A stretch of DNA of 64,000 bases. Origin: Minisyncoccota bacterium (GTDB lineage Bacteria > Patescibacteriota > Minisyncoccia > Phycocordibacterales > JAQTLZ01). Position 1 is the first letter of the stretch; each line of letters opens with the position of its first letter. The position numbers and the translations under genes are program-made. Shown piece after piece: positions 47,586 to 57,381 of this stretch. The stretch is from the NCBI GenBank assembly GCA_028711065.1, contig JAQTSY010000001.1:86610-150609 (forward strand), written 5' to 3'. The notes below the pieces were generated by a model that saw only the letters and a program-made list of their open reading frames with translations, was not told the origin of the DNA and ran no database searches.

Positions 47586-47617
47586 GTAGCACTGCGCAAG
47601 CGGTGCTATTTTATTTA
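47586..47617 (+). terminator. intrinsic terminator after the radical SAM gene
   Basis: 'agcactgcgcaagcggtgctattttattt'. Confidence 0.65.
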
Positions 47618-47654
47618 TTGAAAAGTGTTATTGAGTGTGTGTTATAATAATTCG

Positions 47655-48755
47655 ATGAGCCACGCTCGCATAGATAAAGTCCTCCTCGCTTCTTTTGCCA
47701 TCCTCGTCTTTGTGGGATTTTTTATTTTCACTTCCGCCTCTCTAGGACTCCTTACTCGCGGAGAGGGCGTATTTTCTCAAGTCGCGATCAAACAAATATT
47801 GGTGGGGATCATCCTTGGCTCGATCGCTTTTTTTATCACATTAAAAACTGATTATACTCATTGGCGCAAATATGCTTTTTTTATCGCTATTGCTTCCATT
47901 TGCTCTGCCGTACTCGTTTTCATACCGGGAATCGGATTCGCCCACGGCGGAGCGAAACGATGGATAGACATTGCAGGAATCTCTCTCCAGCCAGCAGAAT
48001 TTTTGAAACTGGGACTGATTATCTATTATGCAGCGTGGCTTTCGAAAGTGCGCGAAAAGATTTCCAAACTTCAATACGGTCTTTTTCCGCTTCTTATTGT
48101 TATTTTCATCGCAGCCGTTTTAGTCCTCCTCGAGCCTGACACTGGCACCTTTTTAGTTATTTTCGCAAGTCTTGTTGGAATGTTTATAGCTGCTCACGGA
48201 CGGTGGAGAGATATTCTCATACTTTTCCTTCTTTGTGCCATTGGCATATCTGGACTTTTTTATATGCGGCCATACATTCGCGAGAGATTTCTCACTTTTC
48301 TTGATCCAGCTCGCGACCCGCAAGGTTCCGGATATCAAATTCAACAGTCCCTCATTGCGATAGGCTCCGGTGGCATTTTCGGAAGGGGATTCGGGCAAAG
48401 CGTCCAGAAATTCAATTATCTTCCGGAGCCGATAGGGGATTCCATTTTCGCAGTAGCGGGAGAAGAATTCGGCTTCATTGGGAGTCTTCTTCTTGTCCTT
48501 CTCTACATTTTCTTTGCGCTTCGAGCTCTCCGGATGGCTTCAAAAGTCAATGATCTCTTTGGTAGACTGCTTATCGTAGGAATTGTTATACTAATTGTGT
48601 CCCAATCGTTCCTGAATATCGGCTCTATGCTTGGGATTCTTCCGCTCACCGGCGTTCCGCTTATCTTCGTGAGCCAGGGAGGCACAGCACTTCTTGTCGG
48701 AATGGCAGAAGTCGGTATTCTTCTTAATATTTCACGACGGAGAGCGATTGGATAA
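47655..48755 (+). CDS. ftsW: SEDS-family peptidoglycan glycosyltransferase FtsW
   Basis: About 10 TM helices and the SEDS loop 'GRGFGQSVQKFNYLPEPIGDSIFAVAGEEFGFIGS'. Adjacent to murG. Confidence 0.85.
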   Translation: MSHARIDKVLLASFAILVFVGFFIFTSASLGLLTRGEGVFSQVAIKQILVGIILGSIAFFITLKTDYTHWRKYAFFIAIASICSAVLVFIPGIGFAHGGAKRWIDIAGISLQPAEFLKLGLIIYYAAWLSKVREKISKLQYGLFPLLIVIFIAAVLVLLEPDTGTFLVIFASLVGMFIAAHGRWRDILILFLLCAIGISGLFYMRPYIRERFLTFLDPARDPQGSGYQIQQSLIAIGSGGIFGRGFGQSVQKFNYLPEPIGDSIFAVAGEEFGFIGSLLLVLLYIFFALRALRMASKVNDLFGRLLIVGIVILIVSQSFLNIGSMLGILPLTGVPLIFVSQGGTALLVGMAEVGILLNISRRRAIG

Positions 48756-48768
48756 ATTTAAAATATAA

Positions 48769-49896
48769 ATGAAAATTGTTTTAACAGGAGGAGGCACGGG
48801 TGGGCATTTTTATCCCCTCATAGCCATCGCGGAGGAATTACAAAAGGAAGCGCGGGAAAATAAACTTCTTGACGCAAAATTATATTATATGGCTCCGACT
48901 CCTTACCACGAGGCGCGACTTTTCGATAATGACATTACTTTTGTAAGAATTCCGGCAGGCAAAAGAAGGCTTTATTTTTCAGTCGCGAATTTTTTTGATT
49001 TGTTTATTACCGCACTCGGCATCCTTGTCGCTCTTTGGAAAATGTTTAGTATCTTCCCAGATGTCGTTTTTGCAAAAGGAGGATATGCAAGTTACCCAGC
49101 GCTTTTCGCAGCGAGATTTTTCGGCATACCTGTTGTAATCCATGAGTCAGACAGTGTTCCAGGAAGAGTGAATCTTTGGGCAGGGAAATTCGCCAAAAAA
49201 ATCGCTCTCTCATACCCAAGCGCGGCTGATTATTTTGAGAAGGAGAAGACTGCTTATACAGGAAATCCTGTTAGGAAAGAGCTTATGGTAGTACAGAAAA
49301 GCGGCGCGCATGAATTTCTGAAACTTGAAGAGAATATCCCCGTTCTTTTGATTCTCGGAGGTTCGCTTGGCTCGGAAGTCATCAATGATGTGATTATAGA
49401 TTCGCTTCCAAGACTTCTCCTCAAATATCAAATCATCCATCAGACCGGAAAAGGGAATTTTGCGGAAATTCTCAACACTTCAAAAGTGATATTGAAAGAC
49501 AACGAATTTGCCCATAGATATCATCCGCTCGATTATCTCAATGACCTTGCTATGCAAATGAGCGCCGGTGCAGCGGATCTCATAATTTCTCGCGCGGGTT
49601 CTACCATATTTGAAATTGCAGTATGGGGAATTCCATCAATTCTCATTCCAATCACTGATTCGCAAGGCGATCATCAGAGAAAAAATGCTTATGCATATGC
49701 GAGAAGCGGAGCAGCGGTGATCATCGAAGAGGCGAATCTCAACGCAAATATTCTTTTCGAAGAAATACGGAGACTTATGGAAAATCCTGCCGAACGCGAG
49801 AGAATGAAGGAGGCGGCGAAAGGTTTCGCTCGATTAGATTCTGCGGAGGTGATTGCTAAAGAAATCATTCAAATCGGATTGGGACACGAGAAGTGA
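48769..49896 (+). CDS. murG: UDP-GlcNAc:undecaprenyl-PP-MurNAc-pentapeptide GlcNAc transferase
   Basis: 'LTGGGTGGHFYP' N-terminus and GT28 C-terminal domain. Confidence 0.9.
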   Translation: MKIVLTGGGTGGHFYPLIAIAEELQKEARENKLLDAKLYYMAPTPYHEARLFDNDITFVRIPAGKRRLYFSVANFFDLFITALGILVALWKMFSIFPDVVFAKGGYASYPALFAARFFGIPVVIHESDSVPGRVNLWAGKFAKKIALSYPSAADYFEKEKTAYTGNPVRKELMVVQKSGAHEFLKLEENIPVLLILGGSLGSEVINDVIIDSLPRLLLKYQIIHQTGKGNFAEILNTSKVILKDNEFAHRYHPLDYLNDLAMQMSAGAADLIISRAGSTIFEIAVWGIPSILIPITDSQGDHQRKNAYAYARSGAAVIIEEANLNANILFEEIRRLMENPAERERMKEAAKGFARLDSAEVIAKEIIQIGLGHEK

Positions 49897-49925
49897 CCAC
49901 TCGGAACAGTTTTTGAGAAACCCGG

Positions 49926-49950
49926 AAAAACCGCCAGCGGCGGTTTTTCC
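49926..49950 (+). terminator. murG intrinsic terminator
   Basis: 'aaaaaccgccagcggcggtttttcc'. Confidence 0.65.
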
Positions 49951-50023
49951 TTGCTTTTGTGCTTAAACCATAGACTAAGCCATTAAACAGCATATTTGGA
50001 ATATATGGTAGAATAGAGAGATT

Positions 50024-51358
50024 ATGGCAAACAAACACATTGTTACTCGTTTTGCTCCAAGCCCCACTGGGCTTTTGCATGCGGGGAATTACCGTACTGC
50101 TGTTTTTGCTTATCTTTTTGCTCGTCAAAATAAGGGAAAATTTGTCCTTCGCATTGAGGATACTGATCGAGAGCGCTCAAAGAAAGAATATGAAGAAAAT
50201 GTTATTGAGAGCTTGAAATGGCTTGGGCTTGAATACGATGAATTTTCTCGGCAGTCAGAAAAAGTTGCTGGTCACAAAAAACATCTTCAAAACCTTATTG
50301 AGAAAGGCTTCGCATACATTTCGCACGAAGAAAAAGATGGAAAGCCGAGCGACGTCATTCGTTTCAAAAATCCTGGCACAAAAGTGACATTCAAAGATCT
50401 GATTCGTGGAGAAATAACGATGGATACGACCGACCTTCATGATTTCGTTATTGCTAAAAACTTAGAAGAACCAGTCTGGCATCTGGCAGTTGTTATTGAT
50501 GATTTTGAAATGGGAATTACCCACGTAATTCGTGGGGAAGACCACATTTCGAATACTCCTCGGCAAATCCTCATCCAGAGGGCAATCGGCGCACCAGAGC
50601 CAATATACGCTCATTTACCGCTTGTTTTGGCACCAGACAGGACAAAGCTTTCCAAGCGAAAAGGGGCTTTGGCAATAAGCGAATATCGCGACCGGGGATA
50701 CCTTCCAGAGGCGCTTTTGAATTTTATGGCGCTTCTTGGATGGAACCCCGGGGGAGAGCAGGAAATCTTCAGCCTCAAAGAGTTAGTTGAAAAATTTAAT
50801 ATTGAAAAAATCCAGAAGGGAGGAGCTATTTTCAATGAAGAGAAGCTGAAATGGTTCAATGAAGAATATATGAAAAGATTGCCTGAAAAAGAAATTGGAG
50901 CGCGAGTGTCAGCAGAATTTGAGAAAGCTGGCAAGAAATTTGACCCGCATACAGCCAAAAAAATTCTTCCTCTCATTGTGGACCGAATTTCAACTTTTGG
51001 CGAAGCGAAAGAGATCGCACAGTCGGGAGAATTTGATTTTTTTGAAAACCAACCTGAATACGAAATTGAAAAAGTGCTTGCCAAAAAAGAACCTAGCAAA
51101 ACAAAAACGGCAGAGCGACTTTCAGAAGTTTCAAAACTTCTTGCCGGAGTTTCAGAAGCAGAGTGGAATCAGGCCGAAATTAAAAACGCGGTATGGGACT
51201 ACGCAACGAAAGAGGGGAGAGGGGAGGTGCTTTGGCCTCTTCGCGTCTGTCTTTCGGGACTCGATAAATCTCCGGACCCATTCATCATTGCGGAAATTTT
51301 GGGCAAAACAGAAACGCTCGAAAGAATTAAAGTTGCGATTGAAAAGCTCCACGCTTAA
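50024..51358 (+). CDS. gltX: glutamate--tRNA ligase
   Basis: 'RFAPSPTGLLHAGN' (HIGH motif), 'KLSKRKG' (KMSKS motif); 444 aa. Confidence 0.9.
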   Translation: MANKHIVTRFAPSPTGLLHAGNYRTAVFAYLFARQNKGKFVLRIEDTDRERSKKEYEENVIESLKWLGLEYDEFSRQSEKVAGHKKHLQNLIEKGFAYISHEEKDGKPSDVIRFKNPGTKVTFKDLIRGEITMDTTDLHDFVIAKNLEEPVWHLAVVIDDFEMGITHVIRGEDHISNTPRQILIQRAIGAPEPIYAHLPLVLAPDRTKLSKRKGALAISEYRDRGYLPEALLNFMALLGWNPGGEQEIFSLKELVEKFNIEKIQKGGAIFNEEKLKWFNEEYMKRLPEKEIGARVSAEFEKAGKKFDPHTAKKILPLIVDRISTFGEAKEIAQSGEFDFFENQPEYEIEKVLAKKEPSKTKTAERLSEVSKLLAGVSEAEWNQAEIKNAVWDYATKEGRGEVLWPLRVCLSGLDKSPDPFIIAEILGKTETLERIKVAIEKLHA

Positions 51359-51360
51359 TC

Positions 51361-52650
51361 ATGAATAAATATGTCATATCTTTTCTTTTCATATTTCTCA
51401 CGCTTCTAGGGACTTTTAGCGCTCCCAGAAGCGTTCGCGCCCTGACTACAGCAGAAGAGCTCCGACAAAAAATAGACGAGAGAAATAATCTCATCGCGCA
51501 ACTTGAAGCGGAGATCGCAAAATATTCAACTGTAGTGGGGAAAATCAGCTCCCAAGCGCAGACGCTCAAAAACGCGATAGCGCTTCTTGATACGAGCATA
51601 AAAAAACTGGAGACAGAGATAAAAGCCACTCAAAATAAAATTGCTTCTACCAATCTCACCATTGAATCGCTCCAAGATCAGATTGTCGACAAGAAAACAA
51701 AAATTCAAGATGATCAATCGGCAATACGAGAAACAATACGCCAGCAAGAATATGCGGAATCGAACTCTCTCGTAGAAACAATGCTCAACAATACCAATCT
51801 TTCAGAATATTGGGATGGAATCGCGACTCTGGAAAAATTCCGGGGAACGGTGCGAGACAAGGCAATCGCACTCGCCAACGAGAAAAAAGATTTGGAAGAC
51901 CAGCAAAATCAAGTGGTTTCCAAAAAGAAAACGCTGGTAGACTACCAAACACAACTAGCCGACCAGAAAAAAATCGTAGAGGGCACAAAAACTGATAAAG
52001 CAAAAGTACTCACTCAAACAAAAAGCCAAGAAACTCAATACAAAGCAATTATCAACCAAAAAACAGCACAGAAAAATGCTTTCGAACAAGAGCTCTTTAA
52101 CTTCGAATCACAGCTCAAAGTAGCCATTGATCCAAACAGCCTGCCATCCACTCGCCCAGGCGTTCTTTCGTGGCCACTTGGACACATTGTCATCACCCAG
52201 CTTTTCGGAAAAACAGTAGATTCAAAACGTCTGTACGCATCCGGAACGCATAGCGGAGTTGATTTCGGCACACCAATCGGTACACCCGTGAAAGCGGCTC
52301 TCTCTGGGACTGTCGTCGGGGTTGGGAACAGCGATCTGTATCGAGGATGCCAATCATTCGGCAAATGGATTATGATCGCTCATCCAAATGGTATTTCAAC
52401 CCTTTACGGACACCTTTCACTGATGAAAGTGGCAAAAGGAGATGCTGTTTCAACTGGGCAAATAATCGCCTACAGCGGAAATACCGGCTATTCGACAGGA
52501 CCGCATCTCCATTTCGGGGTATACGCTACGCAAGGAGTGAAAATCCAACCGTATCCTTCTGGTTCATATTGCAAGGGGGCTCTTCTTCCGCTTGCTGCCC
52601 ACGAGGCCTACCTGGATCCGCTTGTCTACCTACCCGAACAGAAGCCTTAA
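51361..52650 (+). CDS. M23-family peptidoglycan DD-endopeptidase with N-terminal coiled coil (EnvC-like)
   Basis: Signal peptide, a long coiled-coil, then LytM motifs 'HSGVDFG' and 'GPHLHFGV'. Confidence 0.85.
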   Translation: MNKYVISFLFIFLTLLGTFSAPRSVRALTTAEELRQKIDERNNLIAQLEAEIAKYSTVVGKISSQAQTLKNAIALLDTSIKKLETEIKATQNKIASTNLTIESLQDQIVDKKTKIQDDQSAIRETIRQQEYAESNSLVETMLNNTNLSEYWDGIATLEKFRGTVRDKAIALANEKKDLEDQQNQVVSKKKTLVDYQTQLADQKKIVEGTKTDKAKVLTQTKSQETQYKAIINQKTAQKNAFEQELFNFESQLKVAIDPNSLPSTRPGVLSWPLGHIVITQLFGKTVDSKRLYASGTHSGVDFGTPIGTPVKAALSGTVVGVGNSDLYRGCQSFGKWIMIAHPNGISTLYGHLSLMKVAKGDAVSTGQIIAYSGNTGYSTGPHLHFGVYATQGVKIQPYPSGSYCKGALLPLAAHEAYLDPLVYLPEQKP

Positions 52651-52699
52651 ACGTGTGGATTACCTTTGAACACTCAAAACTATTCCTGGGGTATAATAA

Positions 52700-52963
52700 A
52701 TGTTAATGAAGAGAGCGAACAACCGCGGATTTATACGCCTTATCATTCTCATCCTCGTGGTGCTTATAGCATTAAGTTACCTCGGCTTTGACGTAAAGAA
52801 AATTATTTACTCTCCCACAGTTACGAAAATTGCTTCACTCGTCTGGAGTGTCCTTGTTTTGGTCTTTAAGTTACTTTTTGCCGTCCTTCAAGCAGCATGG
52901 GGAACAATTAGCCAAGGACTTAAATATACGCTTACTCTGGTTCAAAATATAAAGACGCCTTAG
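52700..52963 (+). CDS. small membrane protein, hypothetical
   Basis: 87 aa with 2 TM helices. Confidence 0.35.
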   Translation: MLMKRANNRGFIRLIILILVVLIALSYLGFDVKKIIYSPTVTKIASLVWSVLVLVFKLLFAVLQAAWGTISQGLKYTLTLVQNIKTP

Positions 52964-53652
52964 TTTGTAAATTTCGCTATTTCTTCGGCGACAATTTTAG
53001 GATGAGTGATGTGGGGGGAATGTTTCGCTCCACCTATCACCACAAGTTTTGAATCTTTAATATTTTTCTGCATAAGGTATGCATCTGAAAGAGGTGTTAT
53101 TTTGTCTTCTTTGCCCCAGAGGATGAGGGTGGGGATGGAAATTTTTGTAAGCTCGGGTGTGAGGTCGCGTGAGATGAGATTTTTCATTGTCTCCCGCATA
53201 TTTTCGCCTGCTCGGCCGTAATCATTGGCACCAATTATTTTATAGAAAATTTTTCGGACGAGGGAAGAGTTGAGAAAAAATTTCCCGATTCGCGCGAGAC
53301 CCCCGAACACCGCACGCTTTGCGCGCAGAGGAAATTCATTGTGAACAATTCCTGCGGAATCTAAAAGGATAAGTTTCCGGATAAGGCTTGGATTTTTGGC
53401 AATAGCTGCAATGGCAATTCTGCCTCCATTTGAATGCCCGAGAAGCGTCACATTTTGTTCACCGACCAGAGCTTTTTCCAGCCAAATAACATACTCGGGA
53501 AGCGTCCACACTTTATCTGATTTCTCTGCGAGTCCAGGAACACGAAGCATAACAGGTTCAAACCCGCGTGAACGAAGTTCTGCGAGACACGGCTCCCAAG
53601 CATCGAGCGTGTATGTCCAGCCGTGAATAATGTGAATCTTTATATTTGCCAT
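52960..53652 (-). CDS. alpha/beta hydrolase
   Basis: Nucleophile elbow 'GHSNGG' with an Asp/His triad arrangement. Last gene of the minus-strand operon. Confidence 0.75.
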   Translation of the reverse strand: MANIKIHIIHGWTYTLDAWEPCLAELRSRGFEPVMLRVPGLAEKSDKVWTLPEYVIWLEKALVGEQNVTLLGHSNGGRIAIAAIAKNPSLIRKLILLDSAGIVHNEFPLRAKRAVFGGLARIGKFFLNSSLVRKIFYKIIGANDYGRAGENMRETMKNLISRDLTPELTKISIPTLILWGKEDKITPLSDAYLMQKNIKDSKLVVIGGAKHSPHITHPKIVAEEIAKFTN

Positions 53653-54974
53653 TTTTTACGTTGATTAACCCAGATTGCTTCCCGACGGCACAGTTTTGAG
53701 GCGTCAGACGGATTCAAGAGAAGTTTTTCTACAACGCCCTCTAAATATCTTGCCCCTTTGAAAAGAATTGTTTCTCCTCCTTTCAATTCTCTTTTGAGAT
53801 ACAAGAGGGCTTCACCGGGCATAAGAAAGGCTATGACTTTTTGAGTTCCTAGATGTTTTACAAGCGGGGGATAGGTATATTTTGTGAGTCTCGGCCCAAC
53901 AAGAATAACCCGCGCAGGGGAGACAGACAAGATGTCTTTTGCAATATCTATGTGCTCTGCCTCCTCGCTCTTGCCTTGTTCAATCATATCTCCGAGGACA
54001 AGCCACTTTTCGCCTATGGCCGGATGGCGACGAGTAAGATCAAGCATCGTCCGCATTCCATCCATTGTTGCATTGTAGGTGCTATCAATAAGCGTCGTGT
54101 TTTCTATTCCCTGAAATACCGAGCTTCTGCCAGGAGGAAGTTCGAAATTTCTAAACGTGGAATCAACTTTAAATCCAAGAGTTTTCACAGCCGTCGAAAC
54201 CGCGACAACCGAGAGGGAAGAGGCGGGTGGAACCAACCGAGGGAGCGAGAAATTCCCGACCAGAGTCTCAATCTCTACGCCCTCGTTTACAATTTTAAAG
54301 CTCCGGATCTCCTTTTCAGAAACTGGAATTACTTTTGATTTTGTCCGTTTTGATTGTTTTGTTATGAAACGATTGTCAGCGTTTAAAATAGAAAACCCCT
54401 TGGTAGTCTCCAGAAAATGGCCAAATTCGTTTGCCATCGCTTCTTTGACTGCCTCGCGATGATTATCTCCGGAAGATGCAACAATGCGATCAAAATTTAT
54501 TCCGTGCGCTTCTTCCAAGGAAAGCCACACAAGCCCTTCGGGCTTTAGAAGTTGCGCCAAGAATTTTCCTTCACCCGGCCGTTCTGCGTCAGCCTCCACT
54601 ACATATAATTTCTCTTTTGGAAGGCCTCGAAATGCTCGAAATGGCGAGAGGAGAGCAAAAAGCGGCCATTCGATTATATTAAAAGATTTCCGCTGAAGCC
54701 CCAGAATATGAAATGGAATCCCAAAAGTGCTGTTTGCGTGGTGCGAATATCGAGCCCTTTCGCCAAGTTCGGCTTCAAATAAATGAAGGAGGGTTGTTTT
54801 CCCACTTGAGCCGATAACCGCTATGATTTTCGGATTCCATCGGCGCAAATAGATTTTTGCCCAAAATCGAAAGTAGCTGGCTACAAAAAAATAAATTTTC
54901 TTTTTTATTGTTCTTAGAATTTTCATATGCCGCGTTTTATTTTTCGTACCGTTTCGACAACAAAATTGATCCAA
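53640..54974 (-). CDS. Mur ligase family protein (MurF-like, short N-terminus)
   Basis: 'IIAVIGSSGKTT' Mur-ligase P-loop and a central/C-terminal Mur ligase fold. Overlaps the neighbouring genes, consistent with an operon. Confidence 0.55.
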   Translation of the reverse strand: MDQFCCRNGTKNKTRHMKILRTIKKKIYFFVASYFRFWAKIYLRRWNPKIIAVIGSSGKTTLLHLFEAELGERARYSHHANSTFGIPFHILGLQRKSFNIIEWPLFALLSPFRAFRGLPKEKLYVVEADAERPGEGKFLAQLLKPEGLVWLSLEEAHGINFDRIVASSGDNHREAVKEAMANEFGHFLETTKGFSILNADNRFITKQSKRTKSKVIPVSEKEIRSFKIVNEGVEIETLVGNFSLPRLVPPASSLSVVAVSTAVKTLGFKVDSTFRNFELPPGRSSVFQGIENTTLIDSTYNATMDGMRTMLDLTRRHPAIGEKWLVLGDMIEQGKSEEAEHIDIAKDILSVSPARVILVGPRLTKYTYPPLVKHLGTQKVIAFLMPGEALLYLKRELKGGETILFKGARYLEGVVEKLLLNPSDASKLCRREAIWVNQRKKWQI

Positions 54975-57187
54975 TATCTCGGGCTTAAAACATAATCCTG
55001 TGCAGGAACATACTTTCCTTCTCCACCGCCGAAACCGCGCTTAAATTGTGACAACCCGTACCACGGATGTTTTTTATCATCTTCAGAAACAATTCCCCAA
55101 AAATTATACGAATCACATCCGCGTTTTTTCGCTTCTTTTATCGCCTCCCATTGCAAAAGCTCCGATGCGGAAATAGAAGGGAAGGGGGTATTTGAAGCTC
55201 CGTGGTGATAAAATCCTGAATTCGAAGTATAGATGATAAATGCCGTTGAAATATATTGGCCTTTGTATTTTCCAAACCACAAAAGCGCCTGATTATTTTC
55301 TAGAAATGTTTTAAATTCATTCTCTAAATATTTTCTTGAAAACGGCGTAAAATTTTGCCGCTTCACCGTGTCCATATAAATTGACCAGAATTTTTCAAAA
55401 TCCTCCATTGATTTTGATGATTCAATCTCGACGCCATCTTTAATAGCCTTACGGACCGCATAACGAGTATTTTTCCTCATTCCAGTTTGAATTTCCTCCT
55501 CTGTTTTCGAAAGAGAGAGAACAGAGGTGTGTTCACTGTGGAGATGAATCGGAGCTTTTTTAAATCCTAGTTCAGTAAAAATTTTAGAATGAGCAGGGGA
55601 GTCCGCGAGTATACTACTGACCCGGATAAAGTGACAATTCTCCTTTCTACCAATCGCGACTGATTCATCTTTCAAGAGTTCGAGAATTTCTGAAGTTTTT
55701 CCCGAGTATGCGGGATCAATCGCTGGACTATGATGCCAAGCAAGAAAAGTCCCCCGGCGAGCGACAATTTTTGTAACACTCGAGGCCGCGACAAGCTTCC
55801 CTTCGTCATACACACCTAGTCTCCAAAGTTTATTTCCCATTTTCTTTTCAAACTCTCCCCAATTCCAAGAAATAAGAAAAGTTGCTGGTTTAACCCGCAT
55901 GAGAAATGACTCGAGCTCTTCTTTTGAATTAATTTCCCTTACTTGCATGAAAGAATCTTTTATTGCATTTGCGATTTTTTTCGCGTCCTGCACCGATATC
56001 TGGATACTAGTCGGCAAATTTATCGATTTTTCTGAAAGTTCTTTCGCGCGAGGATTCTCGGAGAGCGCAAATTGAATTTTTTCATACTGAACTCCTTCTG
56101 GGGCTATCGCGTCCGTATACCAATTACCAAGGCGCACTCCTCGCGTCTTCAAAAACAATGCGAGCTTTGATGGCAGATCGATAAGAATTGTGTAGCGGAG
56201 ATAGATGCTCTTTCTTATTTCATCTTTCACTTTGAGAGGCTTCACGATTCGAGAAATCGAAGCGAGTTCCCGTTCATATACTTCTGCTATCTGGCGGCGA
56301 TGCTCATTAAATGCAGAAAGCTTCGCGAATTGATGAAGTGCAACAAAAGCCAAAATATCTGACATTTTATGAAAGACGAAGCTTGGTTTGCCCCCGGAAA
56401 GTTCTGCCTTCTCAACTGCTTTTGAAAAAAATCCTAGGCGCTTGCAAATTTCGATGAAAATCTTGCCGATATTTGCTACTGAATAAAGAGGTTTTCCCAA
56501 AGCAAAGATGATTGGATGATTGAGTTGTTTCTTCACCCAACCCCATTTTGATTCAGAATATGATGCGTAGAGCGTCCGGACATCGTTTGCGATTCGCGCG
56601 TCTTTCACTAACAGTACACCTCCGAAGACCGAAGAAAGAACTTTATCCCGCCCGAAACTAAAGAAACTCGCATCGCCGAAACTTCCAACCTTTTTACCTT
56701 TATATTCTGCACCAAGCGCATGCGCGCAGTCTTCAATGACAAAAAGATTATGTCTTCGGGCGATAAGAAGCAACTCCTCCAGATGTGCCGGCGTGCCGAA
56801 TGTATGCTGGATGATGAGTACCCTGGCTTTCGAAGTAATTTTTTTCTCGAGATCTTCAGGATTCATCGTAAAGTCATCCAAACTATCGACATAAATAGGC
56901 TTCGCACCCACCCAAAGTATCGGCCCCGGCACTGCAACGCAGGTATAAGCTTGCAAAAGAACCTCATCAGTTGAGGAAAGATTCAGCGCGGATAAAATTG
57001 CAAAAAGAGATGTTCGCCCGCTATCAAAAGCAAAAGCATGGGGAAGGGGAATATAGGTCGAAATCGCATGCTCAAGGCGAGCTCTGGAACCGAGGGTCTT
57101 ATTCCTCGTCCACGGAAAAAATCGCAAACGAATTGCGAGGGAAATATCGTCACGCTCTGTGTTTGGCGAAAGGCTCGTAAAAATCAT
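54923..57187 (-). CDS. DegT/DnrJ/EryC1-family PLP aminotransferase fused to a FemAB-family aminoacyl-tRNA-dependent peptidyltransferase
   Basis: N-terminal half: 'DCAHALGAEYKGKKVGSFGDASFFSFGRDKVL' (DegT PLP-lysine region). C-terminal half: 'MRKNTRYAVRKAIKDGVEI', 'LLQWEAIKEAKKRGCDSYNFWGI' and 'GLSQFKRGFGG' (FemAB PF02388 signatures). A single 754-aa ORF. Confidence 0.8.
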   Translation of the reverse strand: MIFTSLSPNTERDDISLAIRLRFFPWTRNKTLGSRARLEHAISTYIPLPHAFAFDSGRTSLFAILSALNLSSTDEVLLQAYTCVAVPGPILWVGAKPIYVDSLDDFTMNPEDLEKKITSKARVLIIQHTFGTPAHLEELLLIARRHNLFVIEDCAHALGAEYKGKKVGSFGDASFFSFGRDKVLSSVFGGVLLVKDARIANDVRTLYASYSESKWGWVKKQLNHPIIFALGKPLYSVANIGKIFIEICKRLGFFSKAVEKAELSGGKPSFVFHKMSDILAFVALHQFAKLSAFNEHRRQIAEVYERELASISRIVKPLKVKDEIRKSIYLRYTILIDLPSKLALFLKTRGVRLGNWYTDAIAPEGVQYEKIQFALSENPRAKELSEKSINLPTSIQISVQDAKKIANAIKDSFMQVREINSKEELESFLMRVKPATFLISWNWGEFEKKMGNKLWRLGVYDEGKLVAASSVTKIVARRGTFLAWHHSPAIDPAYSGKTSEILELLKDESVAIGRKENCHFIRVSSILADSPAHSKIFTELGFKKAPIHLHSEHTSVLSLSKTEEEIQTGMRKNTRYAVRKAIKDGVEIESSKSMEDFEKFWSIYMDTVKRQNFTPFSRKYLENEFKTFLENNQALLWFGKYKGQYISTAFIIYTSNSGFYHHGASNTPFPSISASELLQWEAIKEAKKRGCDSYNFWGIVSEDDKKHPWYGLSQFKRGFGGGEGKYVPAQDYVLSPRYWINFVVETVRKIKRGI

Positions 57188-57253
57188 AACAGTAGTACTA
57201 GAATATCATATTCCAAATTTTCTTTTTTGATTGAGAGGGAAGGGCCTCCTCTG

Positions 57254-57279
57254 GCTTCATGTCGCACAAGATACATTGT
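57254..57279. promoter_or_regulatory. operator-like perfect palindrome upstream of the DegT-FemAB operon
   Basis: 'TGTCGCACA-N8-TGTGCGACA', about 70-90 nt upstream of the minus-strand start at 57187. Confidence 0.4.
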
Positions 57280-57341
57280 GCGACGTATAGGTACCTCTAG
57301 AAAGGACTCTCCCCTAAAGTTATCCACACCACTAATTCGAA

Positions 57342-57372
57342 CGACAAAGGCCGACCTTTTAAAAGGTCGGCC
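57342..57372. terminator. palindromic terminator-like hairpin
   Basis: 'aaaggccgaccttttaaaaggtcggccttt' followed by a T-rich tract. Confidence 0.5.
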
Positions 57373-57381
57373 TTTGTATTT

